Below the pieces are notes generated by a model, which was not told where the DNA came from, did no database searches, and worked only from the letters and a program-made list of their open reading frames with translations. A DNA stretch of 37,241 bases from Octopus sinensis (Eukaryota). Shown here in pieces: positions 1 through 10,879 of the stretch; within the stretch, counting starts at the first letter, position 1, and each line of letters starts with the position of its first letter. Location: positions 1 through 37,241 of the forward strand of contig NW_021832900.1 of the NCBI RefSeq assembly GCF_006345805.1, read 5' to 3'. Both the position numbers and the translations under genes were made by a program.

Positions 1-34
1 ATCTATTTATTATCTATCTATCTATCTATCTATC

Positions 35-79
<45 letters not shown>

Positions 80-80
80 C
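1..80. repeat. (ATCT)n microsatellite
   Basis: Direct tandem ATCT/TATC units. Confidence 0.97.
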
Positions 81-124
81 AGCTATCTAATCACCTACCT
101 ACCTATGTATCTATAAACCATCAC

Positions 125-675
125 TACTTGGAGGCTGTCCTTAAAGCGGCTAGTTTTGGTCCCATCTTCGCGGTTCGATCGCTGCCTTATACAGCGGCAT
201 CCGCTTATACAGCAGCATCTAGCAAGACCATTTAATATCATGCGTTCGGTTCGTCAAGGATGTCCCCTCTCGTCGCTTCTGTACGTATTGACTCTTGAGC
301 CACTACTGCGGAAGCTGGCGACGCTGAGGGGCATCCCACGAGAGTTTGAATGCAGGAGGAACGTGTCTGCATACGCGGACGACATCTCCGGCATAGTGTA
401 GAGCTACAAGCACATCAACCTGGTCGGCGAGACACTAAAAAAATACGAAGCGGTAATGGGAGCAAAAATTAAACGGGAAAAGTCAGTGGGCTTGCGGCTC
501 GGCAACTGGAGAAGTAAGCCTATGCCGTCCAACAGCGTCTCTATTGTAGGAAGCTGGACCGACGGACCGGTTAAATTGCTCCGGACCTCCAATGGAGAAC
601 TTGGGCGAAATAACGACTAGAGTGGCCAGCAATGGGCCGAGAGGAAGCTATCCCTATAAGGTCGGGCACAGGTGC
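125..675 (+). mobile_element. Degenerate L1/Tx1-clade LINE reverse transcriptase fragment
   Basis: Translates across frameshifts and stops as YLEAVLKAASFGP..F..IAALY, SVRQGCPLSSLLYVLTLEPL, SAYADDIS, YEAVMGAKIKREKSVGLRLGNW and WAERKLSL*GRAQV. These are the QGCPLS and YADD RT motifs plus downstream L1/Tx1-type motifs. Confidence 0.9.
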
Positions 676-879
676 CGAAACCCCACCAAACAATGTTTAG
701 TATGATCACAATCTAATGATTGAAACAATACTGTAGATCCTAAGTCACACATTTTGAGAAAGAAGTGTCTATTACATCAACTAAACCTTTGAACTTTAAC
801 AATGTTATGGCTCTTGGAAAAATAAGAAGTAAAGCCGATGCATTGCGTTAAAAACCAACAAAACAATTTCCAAAATATA

Positions 880-1510
880 TACAAGTCGATCATTTCGTGC
901 AAACCCCACTCCAGCTGTGTATCTTACGAGTAGCCATGTCTGAAGCTAAAACCTTCCCATACCTAGTTACATTACATTATACTTATCTGTTACACAGAGA
1001 ACCACTCCATCTTCAACATGAACACATCAAAATTTCTTACTCCGAATCTTCCAGCTTCACCAAAACATTCTCGGTTATCAACCACAAATAGCTAAAAGCA
1101 CAAAACTCGAAAACAACCGCAAAACTACGCTACCGTGGTAGCAGAAATAGTTTCCCTTCAAAAATACCTACAAATACATTATTCTCTCAAGCAAGATAAC
1201 AAACAACCTGCTCGAAAAAACAATTATATAAGCTCAACTTCTAACAAACTTAAACTAAGCCTCAGCCAACATCTACGTTAAAAAAGAATTCGCCACCAGT
1301 TTATCAATCTATAATTGGACATTTAAGAATTCAAATACCGTACGCTATATTAATACTTAAGACGTTAACGACTGAGCTAAATCCAACAAGCCATCATCCG
1401 GAATTTGCTGTTTTTACATATACAGTTACAACATCCTAATCCTTAAATGTGAGCTAATATCCTACCAACAGAATTCTCTCATGATAAACTTTAATCAGCC
1501 ATACAACTAA
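880..1510 (+). mobile_element. Highly degenerate Penelope-like element ORF end (linker + GIY-YIG), type A
   Basis: Remnants: IISCKPHSS (~IIWFNPPYS), AKTFPYLV, IFNMN/IKISYS, NYISSTSNKLK..H (~YIG.T..FK.R..H), ATSLSIYNWTFKNSN (~T.LS.Y.W.LK) and CELISY. It has many stops and frameshifts and the same motif order as 35700-36090. Confidence 0.65.
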
Positions 1511-1745
1511 TGTAAATATTTCTCAAAAATTTCACATCTTTACTCTTTTTACTCTTTTACTTGTTTCAGTCATTTGACTGCTGCCATGCTGGAGCACCGC
1601 CTTTTTGTCGAGCAAATCGACCCCAGGACTTATTCTTTGTAAGCCTAGTACTTATTCTATCAGTTTCTTTTGCCAAACCGTTAAGTTACGGGGACATAAA
1701 CACACCAGCATCGGTTGTCAAGCGATGTTAGGGGGACAAACAGAG

Positions 1746-1750
1746 ACACA

Positions 1751-1818
<68 letters not shown>
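1746..1818. repeat. (CA)n microsatellite
   Basis: Direct inspection. Confidence 0.97.
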
Positions 1819-1821
<3 letters not shown>

Positions 1822-1834
1822 AAATATACGTGAA

Positions 1835-1932
1835 GGCGCATGGCTCAGTGGTTAGAGCGTCGAGCTTACGATCGTGAGGTTGTGAGTTCCATTGCCGGAC
1901 CGGACTGCGTGTTATGCTCTGGAGCAAGACAC
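1835..1932 (+). mobile_element. tRNA-derived SINE head, group S1 (3' truncated)
   Basis: A-box-like TGGCTCAGTGG and B-box-like GAGTTCCATTGCC, followed by GAGCAAGACAC. Matches the 3320 copy. Confidence 0.85.
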
Positions 1933-2230
1933 ACACACATATATACATAAATATACATATATACGACGGGCTTCTTTCAGTTTCCGCCTACCAAATCCAC
2001 TCACAAGGCTTTGGACGGCCCGAGGCTATAGTAGAAGACACTTGCCCAAGGTGCCACGCAGTGGGACTGAACCCGGAACCATGTGGTTGGTAAGCAAGCT
2101 ACTTACCACACAGCCACTCCTACGCATATTGGCACACGTACGTAGAGTCATTCATTATTACTTGCACCAATGTATAGAGTTGTTCACTTTGTGTTTCCGT
2201 GCATAAGTGTCAATAAATGTCTCTATGTGT

Positions 2231-2640
2231 GCGCAGGAGTGGCTGTGTGGTAAGTAGCTTGCTTACGAAACATTTCGTTCCGGGTTCAGTCCCACTGCGT
2301 GGCACCTTGGGTAAGTGTCTTCTACTATAGCCGCGGGCGGACCAAAGCCTTGTGAGTGGATTTGGTAGACGGAAACTGAAAGAAGCCCGTCTTATATATG
2401 TATATACATATATGTGTATGGGCGTGTTTGTGTGTCTGTGTTTGTCCTTCCAACATCGCTTGACAGCCGATGCTGGTGTGTTTACGTCCCCGTAACTTAG
2501 CGGTTCGGCAAAAAGAGACCGATAAAACAAGTACTAGGCTTACAAAGAGTAAGTCCTGGGGTCGATTTGATCGACTAAAGTCGGTGCTCCAGCATGGCCA
2601 CAGTCACATGACTGAAACAAGTAAAAGAGTAAAAGAGAGA
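2231..2640 (+). mobile_element. tRNA-derived SINE, group S2, full length
   Basis: Head TGGCTGTGTGG...GGGTTCAGTCCC, body CCTTGGG.AAGTGTCTTCTACTATAGC, internal TA/TG tract and AAAAGAG tail. Several other copies occur in the window. Confidence 0.92.
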
Positions 2641-2904
2641 GTATGTGTCTCTAGGTTTCTATAGATTTAGGGATCAGTGTTGAATACGAATAGCAATTCA
2701 CGAAAACACTATTACGTTCCTTTAATAGTTCAGTGTGCACGGTGGTACGTTGTCTCCAAGCGTTTGTGTGTGTGTGTATGTGTAAATATAAATCTTGATG
2801 TAGCTGCGTATGAATGCATGTATGCATATGTATATACATTCGTATAATATATTTATGTGTGTGTGTGTGATTTTATGCATCTATGTATCTCAATATGCAT
2901 GTAT

Positions 2905-2943
<39 letters not shown>

Positions 2944-2958
2944 TATATATATTTATTT

Positions 2959-3198
2959 TATATTGTATAGAGGGCATTATTACACATAAATGCCTCACAC
3001 TAAGAGGGACATGACTTTGTCCCTCTTAGTGTGGGCATTTATGTGTAATATGCCTCTATACAATATAGATATAATTAATTTGTTCAAAAGAAACAAATTA
3101 TTTTCGAATTATTTTCTGTTATGAGGTTTTCACGCTAACTACCTGATAATTTCTTGTTAAGATTCCTTATTAAAGAATATCCTTAATGTTAAATATAT
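2959..3198. repeat. Dispersed repeat with ~50-bp-arm palindrome, flanked by (TA)n
   Basis: Arms at 2959-3011 and 3018-3067 are reverse complements apart from 3 single-base indels. The arm and 3127-3198 recur at 17428-17580. Confidence 0.85.
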
Positions 3199-3319
3199 AT
3201 ATATATATATATAGTAGAAATATGTCTTGAAAAAAAAATATATGTTGTGAAAAAAATATATATATAATATAAAATGCACGTGGAAATGTAAGGTTAAAAT
3301 ATAAAAAATCAACGAAAAT

Positions 3320-3684
3320 GCATGGCTCAGTGGTTAAAGCGTCGAGCTTACGATCGAGAGATTGTGAGTTCCATTGCCGGACCGGACTGCGTGTTATGTT
3401 CTTGAGCAAGACACTTTATTTCACGTAGCTCCAATTCACTCAGCTGTAGAAATGAGTTGCAACGTCCACTGGTGCCAAGCTGTATCGACCTTTGCTTTTC
3501 CCTCGGATAACTTTGGTGGCATGGAGAAGGGAGACTGGTACGCATGGGCGACTTCTGGTCTTCCATAAGAACAACCCTAGGTTGTGTGTTCACCAGTGAG
3601 TCGACTTTCCGCCCAGACTTGTACCCCAGAAGGGATCCTCTTATGTGCACCCATGGTCATTCGTGACAGACGGAGTCTAGTCCA
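3320..3684 (+). mobile_element. tRNA-derived SINE, group S1
   Basis: A/B-box-like head followed by TTGAGCAAGACACTTTATTTCACG...CACTCAGCTG, shared with the 29702, 33360 and 18866 copies. Confidence 0.85.
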
Positions 3685-3706
3685 GTCATATATAAATACA
3701 TAAATA

Positions 3707-3748
3707 GGAGGTGCAATGGCCCAGTGGTTAGGGCAGTGGACTTGCGGA
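3707..3748 (+). mobile_element. SINE head truncated by the PLE insertion
   Basis: GGAGGTGCAATGGCCCAGTGGTTAGGGCAGTGGACTTGCGG matches the head of the 17027-17321 (-) SINE and stops before the B box. Confidence 0.8.
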
Positions 3749-3817
3749 CTTAAATTTTCCTTCTCCACATGTAGCTAGGTGTGTGCTTAGTGGTATTTTG
3801 CGTAGTTCTTCCTGCCC

Positions 3818-4183
3818 AACCCCACCTACAAATACATAGAGAGCAACAGAGAGATAAGATTTAAAAATGGTGTCATATTCAAAGTAAATGCAGATATGAA
3901 CTGCAAGACGCAGAACGTCATATACTGCATAACCTGCCCCACATGCAAGGAGAATTACGTAGGTGAAACTGGTAATTCTTTGTGCCAGCGAGCCAGGATC
4001 CACCGACAACATATTCGGCAGGAAGAACTACGCAAAATACCACTAAGCACACACCTAGCTACATGTGGAGAAGGAAAATTTAAGATATTTCCCTTCTACA
4101 AGTGTCCGAAGAACGACACCCCCTTCAGGAGGAATATGGAAAAACATTTCATAGCTAAGTTCTCCCCCAAATTAAATGGCTGA
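3818..4183 (+). CDS. Partial PLE GIY-YIG endonuclease domain (no native start; TE fragment)
   Basis: Open frame ...EIRFKNGVIFKVNADMNCKTQNVIYCITCPTCKENYVGET...RARIHRQHI...PLSTHL...FKIFPFYK...RRNMEKHFIAKFSPKLNG*. The VIY/YVG triplets, CxxC, conserved R and E, and terminal P.LN are typical of PLE endonucleases. Confidence 0.85.
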   Translation, partial: NPTYKYIESNREIRFKNGVIFKVNADMNCKTQNVIYCITCPTCKENYVGETGNSLCQRARIHRQHIRQEELRKIPLSTHLATCGEGKFKIFPFYKCPKNDTPFRRNMEKHFIAKFSPKLNG

Positions 4184-4722
4184 AACTTTACTCAACATAC
4201 ATTGAAGGACAAATCTGTGTGTGTGTGTAGATGTGTGTATTGCCTGTTATATACATCATATTATATTATTATTTTTATAATTCACTTCCATCTTTACCTT
4301 TTAATTGTCACTTTAATTTTAACTTTCCTATGATATACAATTTTCAAGATGGTATAATTTGGTTGTTCATTTTGAACCGATAAAAAGGTTTTTTCAAATA
4401 TTTTATGTATAGGTCTGTGTGTGTGTATATATGTGTTGGTATAAATATCAACACACAAAAATATTTTTTCTTCTCCACTTCCTCCCTTATTTTTATTTTT
4501 ATTTTTATTTTTTTATTTTTATTTTTTATATTTTTATTTATTCTTTATATTTTTTAATTTTTTATTTTTTATATTTTTATTTATTCTTTATATTTTTTAA
4601 TTTTTAATTTTCTATTTTTTATTTCTATATTTCTATATTTTTTAATTTTTTTTTTATTATTATTATTATTATTTTTATTTTCCCTTTTCTCTTTGTCTCT
4701 CTCCCCTTCTCCAAACACACAG

Positions 4723-4761
<39 letters not shown>

Positions 4762-5114
4762 CGCACGCACACAAAAACACACACGGACACAGAGACACAC
4801 ACACACACACACCTCCACAGAATGATCATAGAAAGTGTGACCCCAAATGACATTTGCCAGGCCAACCTACGCACAACACACACTCAGTGACATCAAAATG
4901 GACGGCCAAAGTTCTTATAAAACCACAGGAGGTCCAGCAGACCAACGGAAATAACACTTCTTCACTCTCAGATAAACGCGCACAACACACACACACGCAC
5001 ACACACATATATCACACACCACACACATACACATACACACATGTTTTCTCTGTCTTACTTCCTCCTCACCCACTACTACGAAACTATAAAATGTTCAACT
5101 CCCACAACTGATTT

Positions 5115-5152
5115 GATTGAAAAGCCCACTAGAATGGGAGAAAGCGCTAATC
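5115..5152 (+). ncRNA. Degenerate minimal hammerhead-like motif
   Basis: gat-TGAAAA-gccc(actagaat)ggga-GAAA-gcgc-TA-atc. Stem III is the palindrome AGCGCT and stem I is gat/atc only if one core base is deleted. Confidence 0.4.
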
Positions 5153-5274
5153 CGAATGATATGATATATATGTAAAAAATGTAATATAAAATAAATATCT
5201 ACAAATATGAACCATCTGATCTGATTACCTCATTTTTTCTAATATATAATACCTGTACATCATCTCCAACCATC

Positions 5275-5405
<131 letters not shown>

Positions 5406-5407
5406 AA

Positions 5408-5614
5408 GGCGGCGATCTGGCAGTAACGTTAGCACGCCGGGCGAAATGTGTAGCCGTATTTCGTCTGCCGTCACGTTCCGAGTTCAAATTCCGCCGAGGC
5501 TGACTTTGCCTTTCATCCTTTCGGGGTCGATAAATTAAGTACCAGTTACGCACTGGGGTCGATATAATAGACTTAATTCGTTTGTCTGTCTTTGTCTGCC
5601 CCCTCTGTGTTTAG
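5408..5614 (+). mobile_element. SINE, group S3
   Basis: GGCGGCGA.CTGGCAG...GAGTTCAAATTCCGCCGAGG...TTTCATCCTTTCGGGGTCGATAAA, shared with the 10490, 19401, 19796 and 28906 copies. Confidence 0.9.
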
Positions 5615-6214
5615 CTTATATGTATATGTGTGTGTGTATAATAGAGAGAGGAAGAGAGAGAGAGAGTGAGGGTTAAAGAGAAGGAAAGAGATCTAATGGA
5701 CTTGGAAATGTGTGTATATATGTATGTGTCTCAGTCAATGTATGCGATCGTGTATGAGTGTACGTTAATGTCTGTGTTCATTTGTGCGTACACTGATTCC
5801 GCTGTCCAACTGTATTAATAAATTATTTTTAAAATTCATAACATATATAATTCATCTGTGTTTGTATGAACACGAGTCTGTTTGTGTGTATACGTATCTC
5901 TCATTATATCTCTCCTCTCGGTGTATGCGTATGTGTACTTCTATGAATGGCTGTGTACGTACGTTTACACATGCACTCAGTTATGTTCGTATCCGTACAC
6001 ACACACACACACACACACACAAATACATACACATACGACGAGAAATCTGTGTGTTCTGTGCATATGTGTGAATGTCTGTCTCGTATTCTCTAAATATTAT
6101 TGTTGTAATTACAATTCGTGAATACATCATCAGCGAACACCATTAACAACTTATATATATATAACATCAAATGTTCTTCCTGTGAATACACAGACATACA
6201 CACGCGAGTGCGCA

Positions 6215-6644
6215 AACATACACACACACACTCTCTTACACACACACATACGTACACACATACGCACAAACACATACACAATATATACACACACATACAC
6301 ACACATACACACACATATGCACAAACACATACACAATATAGACACACACACCTACGTACAAGCGCATACACAATATATGCACACACCTATGCATAAACAC
6401 ATACACAATATATACACACACATACACACACATACACACACATACGCACAAACACATACACAATATATACACACACATACACACACATATGCACAAACAC
6501 ATACACAATATAGACACACACACACCTACGTACAAACGCATACACAATATATGCACACACACCTACACACATACGCATAAACACATACACAATATATACA
6601 CACACACCTACACACCTACGCACAAACACATGCACAATATATAC
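6215..6644. repeat. CA-rich compound minisatellite with ~170-bp higher-order duplication
   Basis: ATATGCACAAACACATACACAATATAGACACACAC recurs near 6316 and 6488. Confidence 0.85.
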
Positions 6645-7092
6645 ACGCTAGTATCGAACATTGAGAGTGAGTGCTCAAAATCATATTTGTACATAAATAT
6701 TCTTTATTGCTGTCTTAACAAAGCAAATCAACCACTGGTTTCACGTAGTAGAGATCTCTACAATTGTTCAAACGAGTCACTTTGGAACGATTGTACTCGT
6801 CTCCATCTTGGTTGACAATACAACTGATTGCTTTGCTAATTTACAAATAAAGTATAATACACAGACGCGCGCGCGAACACACACGCACACACACAACCAC
6901 GCCCCTCCACACACACACATGCACGCTAGTATTGAACATTGAGAATGAATTCTCAAAACCATTTTCGTGGATAAATATTCTTTATTTTTGTTTTAACAAA
7001 ACAACCAATGGTTTCACGTAACAGAGATCTCCACAATTGTTCGAGCGAATCACTTACACGTCTCCATTTTAGATGAGAATATGATTGCTTTG
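6645..7092 (+). repeat. Diverged tandem duplication, period 278 bp
   Basis: 6645-6835 and 6923-7092 both run ACGCTAGTAT.GAACATTGAGA...GATTGCTTTG. Confidence 0.85.
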
Positions 7093-7471
7093 AAGCTTGG
7101 ATGTATGGAAAGAAGCGTGCATTCCAATCACAGGACCTCGGGTTCAGTCCCACTCTTTGGCACTTTGGGCAAGTGTCTTCCACTATAGCCTAAGCCCGAC
7201 CAAAGCTTTGTGAATAGATTTGGTAGACAGAAACTGAAAGAAGTCCGTCGTATATATATGTGTGTGTGTTTTGTGTTTGTCCCCATCACCGCTTGACAAC
7301 CGGTGTTGGTGTGTTTACGTTCCCGTAAGTTAGCGGTTCGACAAAGGTGACCGATAGAATAAGAGCTAAGCTTTAAAAGAATGTCCTATGGTCGATTTGT
7401 TCGACTAAAAACACTTTTAGGCGGTGCTCCAGCATGGTCGCAGTCAAATGACTGAAATAAATAAAAGAATA
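7093..7471 (+). mobile_element. SINE, group S2 (diverged)
   Basis: Colinear with 2231-2640 (GGGTTCAGTCCC, TTGGGCAAGTGTCTTC, GGCGGTGCTCCAGCATGG, GACTGAAA). Confidence 0.88.
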
Positions 7472-7892
7472 CAAACATAATACACACACACACGCCACAC
7501 ACATACTTGCATTCTTCACTCTGAATATTCTCAACCTGAATTGATTATTCTATTGTCATCAGTCATGTTTTTTGATCACTCATTACAATATGTTCTGTTT
7601 ATAGAGTAATCTTGGCAAAAAAGTGTTTGAAAACATGTTTAAACAATAAGTATTCTATTTAAATATTTAAATATGTAAATATTTAAATATTTTATATCTA
7701 AGAAAAAAAGACCACCACCTCTAAACATGCGGCTATCCTTGTTTCTCTCCCTTAATATTTGCCGCAACAGTGCGAGCTCACTGTCCCTTAGAAAGGAAAC
7801 TACATCCTGAATTAGAAGCTACTGATCTTCATCATCTGTGAAATGCTAAAACAAAGCAGCCAAGTTTTTCCTCAAATTACACGATATTATCT

Positions 7893-8570
7893 TGAAGACA
7901 GGAAATATTTAACCGTTTCAAATTTTTGGCAAAAACCCAACAATTTTCAGAAGAGGGAAATAGTCAATTACATAACTCCTAGTGCTTAATTAGTACTTAT
8001 TTTATCGACCTTTAAAAGGTAAAGTCAACCTCGGTGAGATTTGAATTCAGAACGTAAAGGGCCAAAAGAATTTCCGATAAGCACTCTGGTACAAGTGATC
8101 CCTATTTTTTCCCAATTCACATAATGCTTTCTTAAAAACAGGAAATATATAATCGCTTCAAATTTCTGCACAATGCCAGCAATTTTAGGGGGTAGAAGTT
8201 CGTTGATTTCACCGTTTCCAGTACTTATTTTATCGCCTCCTGAAAGCATGATAGATAAAGTCGGCCTCGACGGAATTCGAACTCAGAACATAATGGGCCG
8301 AAAGAAAGGCTGCTAAGCAATTCTGATATGCTGACCCTTCTGCTAGTGCGCTGACATAAACAGAAAAATCTATAAAGGTCAGTAAATTTAGTGGCAGGGA
8401 TAAAGTGATTATATCGCCCCTATTGCTCGACTAGTAGTTATTTAGTCAACTCCGAGAGAATGGAAAGGAAAATTAATCTCGGAAGCCTTTGAACCCGGGA
8501 TGTAAAAACAGCAATATGCCGCTAAGCATTTGGTCCTATGTGTTAACGTTTTTGCCTGCTCGCTGCCCTA
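7893..8570 (-). mobile_element. Three diverged S3-type SINE copies in tandem
   Basis: AGTACTTATTTTATCG...AAAGTC.ACCTCG...ATTTGAA.TCAGAAC-like segments at ~7990, ~8220 and ~8435 are reverse complements of the S3 head. Confidence 0.7.
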
Positions 8571-9491
8571 AAGAAATATTTGATAAGAAAATGAAGTCCA
8601 CGGCCTGTAAAATAAAAATAGAAACGAACACAACCAGAAACATTCTGATCCTTGGAGGTCACAGACTTGCTAGATCAGGGTCTGGCCTGGGGCTAATCTA
8701 AAGCAAAGGCAAAAGCAAAAGCAGCAACAGCAAATGATACAATTCTTAACAATTATGTATCACTTCAACTTTGGAATAAATTCAGTAATTTCCTCCAACA
8801 ACCAGCCACGCCATCCATAGTGAAAACTGACCTTCTGCGAAATTCAGTTAAAATCTCTAACTGCAAGCATATATCGCGGCAACAAAATTAAAAATTAGCA
8901 TTGGTCAAAATGAGATTTCGTTATGCACGAATTCCAAATTGAATTATAGCAAAAGACGGCGGCAATAGTAGTTATGTTATCGGAACAGTTTCTCGTTTCT
9001 CCTCATACATATTTTATAGAGCTAACGACCTTGCTGGACATTTCATTGGAACATTGCAAACTGAAAATTACTTTTAGATTACTCAAGGGATATTACATGT
9101 GATTGATGATATAATTACGTATATATATATACACACACATATATATATATATATGTATAACCATGTAGGTATTCATGTGTGATCACATGTATGTATATAT
9201 ACCTGCATAAATGCATTATTACGTAATATATATATATATATATATATAAATATATTGTGTGTGTGTTTATTTTTATTCATGATATATACATACTCATACA
9301 TGTACATATATATATAATAAATATAAATAAATATATACATTCATATTTATTATATCCATTTCTCCTTAAATATATATATAATGTATATATGTATATACAT
9401 TATATATATGATGTATACATGTATATACATTATAAATATACATTATATATATATATATATATATACATCTATATATATCAAATATATATAT

Positions 9492-9550
9492 TAGTTCGTT
9501 TGTTTTCCACCTGCCTTCGTCTTTTGTTATTTTCATAAAGCTTCCCGTTA
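9492..9550 (+). repeat. 3'-terminal fragment of the CUGUUGA-hammerhead repeat family
   Basis: TTCCACCTGCCTTCGTCTTTTG.TATTTTCATAAAGCTTCCCGTTA(TA)n is nearly identical to 31172-31217. Confidence 0.85.
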
Positions 9551-10489
9551 TATATATATATACCTTTATATATATAATATGTATATATATATGTATATAT
9601 ATATAAATATATTAACATACATTAAATGTAATGTGTGTAGATACAATATAATTATATATATCGGTTTTTGTATGTGTGCATATATATGTGAGTGTGTGTA
9701 TATATATACATACATACACAATATGCACATACATATAACACATACAATTATATATAAGTATATACACAAAGATACACACAAACACACACACACACACATA
9801 TCCATATGGTGTATTTTCAATTGGTTTCGCCGATCAATGTTCGCTTGATCGAACAACTGAACTCCATATTAGTTAATTCTAGTTGTAAACGGAGCTTTCT
9901 GCCTCAAAATATACTCTTAGTCTAACTATCAACCTGAATTAGCGTGACACAATCACTGACGACGATGACCGCTTGAATTACAGGTACCAGCTATAAAACG
10001 GTTTTTCACACAGTTTCCCCATATCAAACTGTAGATAGAAGACTTTGGATTACCTGAAACCGTGGTAAAATGTGTGGTGTGGTATCGAACTTGAAGACTT
10101 CATGTTCATTGAGTAAATATATTATGAAAGAAGGATGCACTCATGTTATGTGGATCATCCTAAGTAAATTTGATGTAGAGACACATGCGTGTGTCTAGGA
10201 AATTCTGAATATTGATCACAGGACTGAAAACTGCTGAACTATATATATACATATATATACAAGTGAGTGGGTGTGTGTATACATAATTAAAGGATACAAT
10301 CATTAACAATTAATGAATTATATCAGTGGCCAGCATATATAAAAAAAAACCGTTTAGTTAAAATTCATATAAAGGTATACAATTATATAGAATATAATCA
10401 TAATTCAGGGCGCTGTTCCTATATGCTAGAAAGAGACGCCAAATACGACCAACAGCTACAAGGTTTACTTCAATATACTCAGGTTGAAA

Positions 10490-10684
10490 GGCGGAGAGCT
10501 GGCAGAATTGTTAGCACGCCGGGCGATATGATTAGCAGTATTTCGTATGTCTTTACGTTCTAAGTTAAAATTCCACCGAGGTCGACGTTGCTTTTCATCC
10601 TTTCGGGGTCGATAAATTAAGTACCAGTTGCGTACTGGGGGCGTTCTAATCGACTGGCCCCACCCCCAAAATTTCGGACCTTGA
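10490..10684 (+). mobile_element. SINE, group S3
   Basis: Colinear with the 5408 copy. Confidence 0.88.
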
Positions 10685-10805
10685 CTGAGGATAAAAAGCT
10701 TCGAATGACCCGTCCTTGTTTTTTTGTATCGTCTACCCGGTTGTTTTGCTGTCCCTTTTTCTATCACCTAGTTGTCCGGATGTTTTGCGTTATTATTCCA
10801 TTTTG

Positions 10806-10806
<1 letters not shown>

Positions 10807-10849
<43 letters not shown>

Positions 10850-10878
10850 TATATATAGCGGCGTACGTATATATATAT
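10807..10878. repeat. (TA)n microsatellite
   Basis: Direct inspection. Confidence 0.95.
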
Positions 10879-10879
10879 A

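Larger units (their letters stand above)
1539..2125 (-). mobile_element. tRNA-derived SINE, group S2, full length, internal microsatellite interrupted by an S1 head
   Basis: Reverse complement of the 2231-2640 copy. The 3' part is at 1539-1750 and the head at 1960-2125. Confidence 0.9.

Noticed and set aside
1835-1910. tRNA-like sequences at SINE heads (also 3320, 17321, 29612, 29702)
   Set aside because: They have A/B boxes but no complete cloverleaf and continue into shared SINE bodies.
8700-9110. Unique segment with a possible acceptor (TTTTATAG near 9018)
   Set aside because: All frames stop within ~30 codons and none resembles a known protein.
9956-10006. CTGACGA...AAAACGGTT hammerhead-like trace
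   Set aside because: GAAA is absent (TAAAA) and stems I and II are not convincing.
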